A stretch of 64,000 nt of DNA, from contig OZ024742.1 in assembly GCA_964016885.1 (NCBI GenBank), forward strand, positions 212,598,001-212,662,000, given 5' to 3'. Below the pieces are notes generated by a model. That model saw nothing but the letters and a program-made list of their open reading frames with translations. It had not been told where the DNA came from and did no database searches. This stretch comes from Eledone cirrhosa. Taxonomy: Eukaryota. Of the stretch, positions 1-12,000 are shown piece after piece. How positions within the stretch are numbered: position 1 is the first letter of the stretch; the number at the start of each line of letters is the position of its first letter. The position numbers and the translations under genes are program-made.

Positions 1-3000
1 TGAAGACATAATCAATATTATGGTCTATGTATGTAGTGCTATAACTATGGCACAAGATTGAAGACATAATCTATATTATGGTTTATGTTTGTCGTGCTAT
101 AACTATGGAACAAGATTGAAGACATAATCTATATTATGTTCTATGTATGTAGTGCTATAACTATGGAACAAGATTGAAGACATAATCTATATATGGTCTA
201 TGTATGTAGTGCTATAACTATGGAACAAGATTGAAGACATAATCTATATTATGTTCTATGTATGTAGTGCTATAACTATGGAACAAGATTGAAGACATAA
301 TCTATATTATGTTCTATGTATGTAGTGGTATAACTATGAAACAAGATCAAAGACATAATCTATATTATGTTCTATGTATGTAGTGCTATAACTATGGAAC
401 AAGATTGAAGACATAATCTATATTATGGTCTATGTATGTAGTGCTATAACTATGGAACAAGATTGAAGACATAATCTATATTATGGTCCATGTATGTAGT
501 GCTATAACTATGGCACAAGATTGAAGACATAATCTATATTATGGTTTATGTATGTAGTGCTATAACTATGGAACAAGATTGAAGACATAATCTATATTAT
601 GTTCTATGTATGTAGTGCTATAGCTATGGAACAAGATTGAAGACATAATCTATATATGGTCTATGTATGTAGTGCTATAACTATGGAACAAGATTGAAGA
701 CATAATCTATATTATGTTCTATGTATGTAGTGCTATAACTATGGAACAAGATCGAAGACATAATCTATATTATGATCTACGTATGTAGTGCTATAACTAT
801 AGAACAAGATTGAAGACATCATCTATATTATGGTCTATGTATGTAGTGCTATAACTATGGCATAAGATTGAAGACATAATCTATATTATGTTCAATGTAT
901 GTAGTGCTATAACTATGGAACAAGATTGAAGACATAATCTATATTATGGTCTATGTATGTAGTGCTATAACTATGGCACAAGATTGAAGACATAATCTAT
1001 ATTATGGTCTATGTATGTAGTGCTATAACTATGGAACAAGATTGAAGACAAAATCTATATTATGGTCTATGTATGTAGTGCTATAACTATGGAACAAGAT
1101 TGAAGACATAATCTATATTATGGTCTATGTATGTAGTGCTATAACTATGGCAAAAGATTGAAGACATAATCTATATTATGGTCTATGTATGTAGTGCTAT
1201 AACTATGGAACAAGATTGAAGACATAATCTATATTATGCTCTATGTATGTAGTGCTATAACTCTGGAACAAGATTGAAGACATAATCTATATTATGTTCT
1301 ATGTATGTAGTGCTATAACTATGGAACAAGATTGAAGACAATCTATATATGGTCTATGTATGTAGTGCTATAACTATGGAAGAAGATTGAAGACATAATC
1401 TATATTATGTTCTATGTATGTAGTGCTATAACTATGAAACAAGATTGAAGACAATCTATATTATGTTCTATGTATGTAGTGCTATAACTATGGAACAAGA
1501 TTGAAGACATAATCTATATTATGGTCTATGTATGTAGTGCTATAACTATGGAACAAGATTGAAGACATAATCAATATTATGGTCTATGTATGTATGTAGT
1601 GCTATAACTATGGCACAAGATTGAAGACATAATCTATATTATGGTTTATGTATGTCGTGCTATAACTATGGAACAAGATTGAAGACATAATCTAAATATG
1701 GTCTATGTATGTAGTGCTATAACTATGGAACAAGATTGAAGACATAATCTATATTATGTTCTATGTATGTAGTGCTATAACTATGGAACAAGATTGAAGA
1801 CATAATCTATATTATGTTCTATGTATGTAGTGCTATAACTATGGAACAAGATTGAAGACATAATCTATATATGGTCTATGTATGTAGTGCTATAACTATG
1901 GAACAAGATTGAAGACATAATCTATATTATGTTCTATGTATGTAGTGCTATAACTATGGAACAAGATTGAAGACATAATCTATATTATGTTCTATGTATG
2001 TAGTGGTATAACTATGAAACAAGATCAAAGACATAATCTATATTATGTTCTATGTATGTAGTGCTATAACTATGGAACAAGATTGAAGACATAATCTATA
2101 TTATGGTCTATGTATGTAGTGCTATAACTATGGAACAAGATTGAAGACATAATCTATATTATGGTCCATGTATGTAGTGCTATAACTATGGCACAAGATT
2201 GAAGACATAATCTATATTATGGTTTATGTATGTAGTGCTATAACTATGGAACAAGATTGAAGACATAATCTATATTATGTTCTATGTATGTAGTGCTATA
2301 GCTATGGAACAAGATTGAAGACATAATCTATATATGGTCTATGTATGTAGTGCTATAACTATGGAACAAGATTGAAGACATAATCTATATTATGTTCTAT
2401 GTATGTAGTGCTATAACTATGGAACAAGATCGAAGACATAATCTATATTATGATCTACGTATGTAGTGCTATAACTATGGAACAAGATTGAAGACATAAT
2501 CTATATTATGGTCTATGTATGTAGTGCTATAACTATGGCAAAAGATTGAAGACATAATCGATATTATGGTCTATGTATGTAGTGCTATAACTATGGAACA
2601 AGATTGAAGACATAATTTATATATGGTCTATGTATGTAGTGCTATAACTATGGAACAAGATTGAAGACATAATCTATATTATGTTCTATGTATGTAGTGC
2701 TATAACTATGGAACAAGATTGAAGACATAATCTATATTATGTTCTATGTATGTAGTGCTATAACTATGGAACAAGATTGAAGACATAATCTATATTATGT
2801 TCTATGTATGTAGTGCTATAACTATGGAACAAGATTGAAGACATAATCTATATTATGGTCTATGTATGTAGTGCTATAACTATGGAACAAGATTGAAGAC
2901 ATAATCAATATTATGGTCTATGTATGTAGTGCTATAACTATGGCACAAGATTGAAGACATAATCTATATTATGGTTTATGTTTGTCGTGCTATAACTATG

Positions 3001-6000
3001 GAACAAGATTGAAGACATAATCTATATTATGTTCTATGTATGTAGTGCTATAACTATGGAACAAGATTGAAGACATAATCTATATATGGTCTATGTATGT
3101 AGTGCTATAACTATGGAACAAGATTGAAGACATAATCTATATTATGTTCTATGTATGTAGTGCTATAACTATGGAACAAGATTGAAGACATAATCTATAT
3201 TATGTTCTATGTATGTAGTGGTATAACTATGAAACAAGATCAAAGACATAATCTATATTATGTTCTATGTATGTAGTGCTATAACTATGGAACAAGATTG
3301 AAGACATAATCTATATTATGGTCTATGTATGTAGTGCTATAACTATGGAACAAGATTGAAGACATAATCTATATTATGGTCCATGTATGTAGTGCTATAA
3401 CTATGGCACAAGATTGAAGACATAATCTATATTATGGTTTATGTATGTAGTGCTATAACTATGGAACAAGATTGAAGACATAATCTATATTATGTTCTAT
3501 GTATGTAGTGCTATAGCTATGGAACAAGATTGAAGACATAATCTATATATGGTCTATGTATGTAGTGCTATAACTATGGAACAAGATTGAAGACATAATC
3601 TATATTATGTTCTATGTATGTAGTGCTATAACTATGGAACAAGATCGAAGACATAATCTATATTATGATCTACGTATGTAGTGCTATAACTATAGAACAA
3701 GATTGAAGACATCATCTATATTATGGTCTATGTATGTAGTGCTATAACTATGGCATAAGATTGAAGACATAATCTATATTATGTTCAATGTATGTAGTGC
3801 TATAACTATGGAACAAGATTGAAGACATAATCTATATTATGGTCTATGTATGTAGTGCTATAACTATGGCACAAGATTGAAGACATAATCTATATTATGG
3901 TCTATGTATGTAGTGCTATAACTATGGAACAAGATTGAAGACAAAATCTATATTATGGTCTGTGTATGTAGTGCTATAACTATGGAACAAGATTGAAGAC
4001 ATAATCTATATTATGGTCTATGTATGTAGTGCTATAACTATGGCAAAAGATTGAAGACATAATCTATATTATGGTCTATGTATGTAGTGCTATAACTATG
4101 GAACAAGATTGAAGACATAATCTATATTATGCTCTATGTATGTAGTGCTATAACTATGGAACAAGATTGAAGACATAATCTATATTATGTTCTATGTATG
4201 TAGTGCTATAACTATGGAACAAGATTGAAGACAATCTATATATGGTCTATGTATGTAGTGCTATAACTATGGAACAAGATTGAAGACATAATCTATATTA
4301 TGTTCTATGTATGTAGTGCTATAACTATGAAACAAGATTGAAGACAATCTATATTATGTTCTATGTATGTAGTGCTATAACTATGGAACAAGATTGAAGA
4401 CATAATCTATATTATGGTCTATGTATGTAGTGCTATAACTATGGAACAAGATTGAAGACATAATCAATATTATGGTCTATGTATGTATGTAGTGCTATAA
4501 CTATGGCACAAGATTGAAGACATAATCTATATTATGGTTTATGTATGTCGTGCTATAACTATGGAACAAGATTGAAGACATAATCTAAATATGGTCTATG
4601 TATGTAGTGCTATAACTATGGAACAAGATTGAAGACATAATCTATATTATGTTCTATGTATGTAGTGCTATAACTATGGAACAAGATCAAAGACATAATC
4701 TATATTATGTTCTATGTATGTAGTGCTATAACTATAGAAAAAGATTGAAGACATAATCTATATTATGGTCTATGTATGTAGTGCTATAAGTATGGCACAA
4801 GATTGAAGACAATCTATATTATGTTCTATGTATGTAGTGCTATAACTATGGAACAAGATTGAAGACATAATCTATATTATGGTCTATGTATGTAGTGCTA
4901 TTACTATGGAACAAGATTGAAGACATAATCTATATTATGATCTATGTATGTAGTGCTATAACTATGGCACAAGATTTAAGACATAATCTATATTATGGTC
5001 TATGTATGTAGTGCTACAACTATGGAACAAGATTGAAGACATAATCTATATTATGGTCTATGTATGTAGTGCTATAACTATGGAACAAGATTGAAGACAT
5101 AATCTATATTATGTTCTATGTATGTAGTGCCATAACTATGGAACAAGATTGAAGACATAATCTATATTATGTTCTATGTATGTAGTGCTATAACTATGGA
5201 ACAAGATTGAAGACATAATCTATATTATGGTCTATGTATGTAGTGCTATAACTATGGCACAAGATTGAAGACAATCTATATTAAGGTCTATGTATGTAGT
5301 GCTATAACTATGGAACAAGATTGAAGACATAATCTATATATGGTTTATGTATGTAGTGCTATAACTATGGAACAAGATTGAAGACATAATCTATATTATG
5401 ATTTATGTATGTAGTGCTATAACTATGGAACAAGATTGAAGACATAATCTATATCATGTTCTATGTATGTAGTGCTATAACTATGGAACAAGATTGAAGA
5501 CATAATCTATATTATGGTCTATGTATGTAGTGCTATAACTATGGCACAAGATTGAAGACAATCTATATTATGGTCTATGTATGTAGTTCTATAACTATGG
5601 AACAAGATTGAAGACATCATCTATATTATCTTCTACGTATGTAGTGCTATAACTATGGAACAAGATTGAAGACATAATCTATATTATGGTCTATGTATGT
5701 AGTGCTATAACTATGGAACAAGATTGAAGACATAATCTATATTATGGTCTATGTATGCAGTGCTATAACTATGGCACAAGATTGAAAACATAATCTATAT
5801 TATGGTCTATGTATGTAGTGCTATAACTATGGAACAAGATTGAAGACATAATCTATATTATGGTCTATGTATGTAGTGCTATAACTATGGAACAAGATTG
5901 AAGACATAATCTATATTATGTTCTATGGATGTAGTGCTATAATTATGGAACAAGATTGAAGACATAATCTATATTATGTTCTATGTATGTAGTGCTATAA

Positions 6001-9000
6001 CTATGGAACAAGATTGAAGACATGATCTATATTATGGTCTATGTATGTAGTGCTATAACTATGGAACAAGATTGAAGACATAATCTATATTATGGTCTAT
6101 GTATGTAGTGCTATAACTATGGCACAAGATTGAAGACATAATCTATATTATGGTTTATGTATGTAGTGCTATAACTATGGAACAAGATTGAAGACATAAT
6201 CTATATTATGTTCTATGTATGTAGTGCTATAACTATGGAACAAGATTGAAGACATAATCTATATATGGTCTATGTATGTAGTGCTATAACTATGGAACAA
6301 GATTGAAGACATAATCTATATTATGTTCTATGTATGTAGTGCTATAACTATGAAACAAGATCGAAGACATAATCTATATTATGTTCTACGTATGTAGTGC
6401 TATAACTATAGAACAAGATTGAAGACATAATCTATATTATGGTCTATGTATGTAGTGCTATAACTATGGCATAAGATTGAAGACATAATCTATATTATGT
6501 TCTATGTATGTAGTGCTATAACTATGGAACAAGATTGAAGACATAATCTATATTATGGTCTATGTATGTAGTGCTATAACTATGGCACAAGATTGAAGAC
6601 ATAATCTATATTATGGTCTATGTATGTAGTGCTATAACTATGGAACAAGATTGAAGACATAATCTATATTATGTTCTATGTATGTAGTGCTATAACTATG
6701 GAACAAGATTGAAGACATAATCTATATTATGGTCTATGTATGTAGTGCTATAACTATGGCAAAAGATTGAAGACATAATCTATATTATGGTCTATGTATG
6801 TAGTGCTATAACTATGGAACAAGATTGAAGACATAATCTATATTATGTTCTATGTATGTAGTGCTATAACTATGGAACAAGATTGAAGACATAATCTATA
6901 TTATGTTCTATGTATGTAGTGCTATAACTATGGAACAAGATTGAAGACATAATCTATATATGGTCTATGTATGTAGTGCTATAACTATGGAACAAGATTG
7001 AAGACATAATCTATATTATGTTCTATGTATGTAGTGCTATAACTATGAAACAAGATTGAAGACATAATCTATATTATGGTCTATGTATGTAGTGCTATAA
7101 CTATGGAACAAGATTGAAGACATAATCTATATTATGGTCTATGTATGTAGTGCTATAACTATGGCAAAAGATTGAAGACATAATCGATATTATGGTCTAT
7201 GTATGTAGTGCTATAACTATGGAACAAGATTGAAGACATAATTTATATATGGTCTATGTATGTAGTGCTATAACTATGGAACAAGATTGAAGACATAATC
7301 TATATTATGTTCTATGTATGTAGTGCTATAACTATGGAACAAGATTGAAGACATAATCTATATTATGTTCTATGTATGTAGTGCTATAACTATGGAACAA
7401 GATTGAAGACATAATCTATATTATGTTCTATGTATGTAGTGCTATAACTATGGAACAAGATTGAAGACATAATCTATATTATGGTCTATGTATGTAGTGC
7501 TATAACTATGGAACAAGATTGAAGACATAATCAATATTATGGTCTATGTATGTAGTGCTATAACTATGGCACAATATTGAAGACATAATCTATATAATGG
7601 TTTATGTTTGTCGTGCTATAACTATGGAACAAGATTGAAGACATAATCTATATTATGTTCTATGTATGTAGTGCTATAACTATGGAACAAGATTGAAGAC
7701 ATAATCTATATATGGTCTATGTATGTAGTGCTATAACTATGGAACAAGATTGAAGACATAATCTATATTATGTTCTATGTATGTAGTGCTATAACTATGG
7801 AACAAGATTGAAGACATAATCTATATTATGTTCTATGTATGTAGTGGTATAACTATGAAACAAGATCAAAGACATAATCTATATTATGTTCTATGTATGT
7901 AGTGCTATAACTATGGAACAAGATTGAAGACATAATCTATATTATGGTCTATGTATGTAGTGCTATAACTATGGAACAAGATTGAAGACATAATCTATAT
8001 TATGGTCCATGTATGTAGTGCTATAACTATGGCACAAGATTGAAGACATAATCTATATTATGGTTTATGTATGTAGTGCTATAACTATGGAACAAGATTG
8101 AAGACATAATCTATATTATGTTCTATGTATGTAGTGCTATAGCTATGGAACAAGATTGAAGACATAATCTATATATGGTCTATGTATGTAGTGCTATAAC
8201 TATGGAACAAGATTGAAGACATAATCTATATTATGTTCTATGTATGTAGTGCTATAACTATGGAACAAGATCGAAGACATAATCTATATTATGATCTACG
8301 TATGTAGTGCTATAACTATAGAACAAGATTGAAGACATCATCTATATTATGGTCTATGTATGTAGTGCTATAACTATGGCATAAGATTGAAGACATAATC
8401 TATATTATGTTCAATGTATGTAGTGCTATAACTATGGAACAAGATTGAAGACATAATCTATATTATGGTCTATGTATGTAGTGCTATAACTATGGCACAA
8501 GATTGAAGACATAATCTATATTATGGTCTATGTATGTAGTGCTATAACTATGGAACAAGATTGAAGACAAAATCTATATTATGGTCTATGTATGTAGTGC
8601 TATAACTATGGAACAAGATTGAAGACATAATCTATATTATGGTCTATGTATGTAGTGCTATAACTATGGCAAAAGATTGAAGACATAATCTATATTATGG
8701 TCTATGTATGTAGTGCTATAACTATGGAACAAGATTGAAGACATAATCTATATTATGCTCTATGTATGTAGTGCTATAACTATGGAACAAGATTGAAGAC
8801 ATAATCTATATTATGTTCTATGTATGTAGTGCTATAACTATGGAACAAGATTGAAGACAATCTATATATGGTCTATGTATGTAGTGCTATAACTATGGAA
8901 CAAGATTGAAGACATAATCTATATTATGTTCTATGTATGTAGTGCTATAACTATGAAACAAGATTGAAGACAATCTATATTATGTTCTATGTATGTAGTG

Positions 9001-12000
9001 CTATAACTATGGAACAAGATTGAAGACATAATCTATATTATGGTCTATGTATGTAGTGCTATAACTATGGAACAAGATTGAAGACATAATCAATATTATG
9101 GTCTATGTATGTATGTAGTGCTATAACTATGGCACAAGATTGAAGACATAATCTATATTATGGTTTATGTATGTCGTGCTATAACTATGGAACAAGATTG
9201 AAGACATAATCTAAATATGGTCTATGTATGTAGTGCTATAACTATGGAACAAGATTGAAGACATAATCTATATTATGTTCTATGTATGTAGTGCTATAAC
9301 TATGGAACAAGATCAAAGACATAATCTATATTATGTTCTATGTATGTAGTACTATAACTATAGAAAAAGATTGAAGACATAATCTATATTATGGTCTATG
9401 TATGTAGTGCTATAACTATGGAACAAGATTGAAGACATAATCTATATTATGTTCTATGTATGTAGTGCTATAACTATGGAACAAGATTGAAGACATAATC
9501 TATATATGGTCTATGTATGTAGTGCTATAACTATGGAACAAGATTGAAGACATAATCTATATCATGTTCTATGTATGTAGTGCTATAACTATGGAACAAG
9601 ATTGAAGACATAATCTATATTATGTTCTATGTATGTAGTGGTATAACTATGAAACAAGATCAAAGACATAATCTATATTATGTTCTATGTATGTAGTGCT
9701 ATAACTATGGAACAAGATTGAAGACATAATCTATATTATGGTCTATGTATGTAGTGCTATAACTATGGAACAAGATTGAAGACATAATCTATATTATGGT
9801 CCATGTATGTAGTGCTATAACTATGGCACAAGATTGAAGACATAATCTATATTATGGTTTATGTATGTAGTGCTATAACTATGGAACAAGATTGAAGACA
9901 TAATCTATATTATGTTCTATGTATGTAGTGCTATAGCTATGGAACAAGATTGAAGACATAATCTATATATGGTCTATGTATGTAGTGCTATAACTATGGA
10001 ACAAGATTGAAGACATAATCTATATTATGTTCTATGTATGTAGTGCTATAACTATGGAACAAGATCGAAGACATAATCTATATTATGATCTACGTATGTA
10101 GTGCTATAACTATAGAACAAGATTGAAGACATCATCTATATTATGGTCTATGTATGTAGTGCTATAACTATGGCATAAGATTGAAGACATAATCTATATT
10201 ATGTTCAATGTATGTAGTGCTATAACTATGGAACAAGATTGAAGACATAATCTATATTATGGTCTATGTATGTAGTGCTATAACTATGGCACAAGATTGA
10301 AGACATAATCTATATTATGGTCTATGTATGTAGTGCTATAACTATGGAACAAGATTGAAGACAAAATCTATATTATGGTCTATGTATGTAGTGCTATAAC
10401 TATGGAACAAGATTGAAGACATAATCTATATTATGGTCTATGTATGTAGTGCTATAACTATGGCAAAAGATTGAAGACATAATCTATATTATGGTCTATG
10501 TATGTAGTGCTATAACTATGGAACAAGATTGAAGACATAATCTATATTATGCTCTATGTATGTAGTGCTATAACTATGGAACAAGATTGAAGACATAATC
10601 TATATTATGTTCTATGTATGTAGTGCTATAACTATGGAACAAGATTGAAGACAATCTATATATGGTCTATGTATGTAGTGCTATAACTATGGAACAAGAT
10701 TGAAGACATAATCTATATTATGTTCTATGTATGTAGTGCTATAACTATGAAACAAGATTGAAGACAATCTATATTATGTTCTATGTATGTAGTGCTATAA
10801 CTATGGAACAAGATTGAAGACATAATCTATATTATGGTCTATGTATGTAGTGCTATAACTATGGAACAAGATTGAAGACATAATCAATATTATGGTCTAT
10901 GTATGTATGTAGTGCTATAACTATGGCACAAGATTGAAGACATAATCTATATTATGGTTTATGTATGTCGTGCTATAACTATGGAACAAGATTGAAGACA
11001 TAATCTAAATATGGTCTATGTATGTAGTGCTATAACTATGGAACAAGATTGAAGACATAATCTATATTATGTTCTATGTATGTAGTGCTATAACTATGGA
11101 ACAAGATCAAAGACATAATCTATATTATGTTCTATGTATGTAGTACTATAACTATAGAAAAAGATTGAAGACATAATCTATATTATGGTCTATGTATGTA
11201 GTGCTATAAGTATGGCACAAGATTGAAGACAATCTATATTATGTTCTATGTATGTAGTGCTATAACTATGGAACAAGATTGAAGACATAATCTATATTAT
11301 GGTCTATGTAAGTAGTGCTATTACTATGGAACAAGATTGAAGACATAATCTATATTATGATCTATGTATGTAGTGCTATAACTATGGCACAAGATTTAAG
11401 ACATAATCTATATTATGGTCTATGTATGTAGTGCTACAACTATGGAACAAGATTGAAGACATAATCTATATTATGGTCTATGTATGTAGTGCTATAACTA
11501 TGGAACAAGATTGAAGACATAATCTATATTATGTTCTATGTATGTAGTGCCATAACTATGGAACAAGATTGAAGACAATCTATATTATGTTCTATGTATG
11601 TAGTGCTATAACTATGGAACAAGATTGAAGACATAATCTATATTATGGTCTATGTATGTAGTGCTATAACTATGGAACAAGATTGAAGACATAATCAATA
11701 TTATGGTCTATGTATGTATGTAGTGCTATAACTATGGCACAAGATTGAAGACATAATCTATATTATGGTTTATGTATGTCGTGCTATAACTATGGAACAA
11801 GATTGAAGACATAATCTAAATATGGTCTATGTATGTAGTGCTATAACTATGGAACAAGATTGAAGACATAATCTATATTATGTTCTATGTATGTAGTGCT
11901 ATAACTATGGAACAAGATCAAAGACATAATCTATATTATGTTCTATGTATGTAGTACTAGAACTATAGAAAAAGATTGAAGACATAATCTATATTATGGT

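Noticed and set aside
10-46. TATA or -10-like boxes (TATATT, TATAAC) as promoters
   Set aside because: These are expected by chance in 71% AT sequence, and there is no downstream gene or other support.
1-116. Satellite-encoded hammerhead ribozyme, as in newt, schistosome or cricket satellites
   Set aside because: The CTGANGA core is absent on both strands of the consensus, and GAAAC appears only in a minority variant.
138-181. CRISPR-like look: GTT...AACAAGATTGAAGAC resembles repeat ends of the ATTGAAAC/ATTGAAAG type, with internal dyad symmetry
   Set aside because: There are no unique spacers: the whole 58 bp is repeated. There is no leader or cas gene in the window, and variation is point mutation arranged in higher-order blocks, as in satellites.
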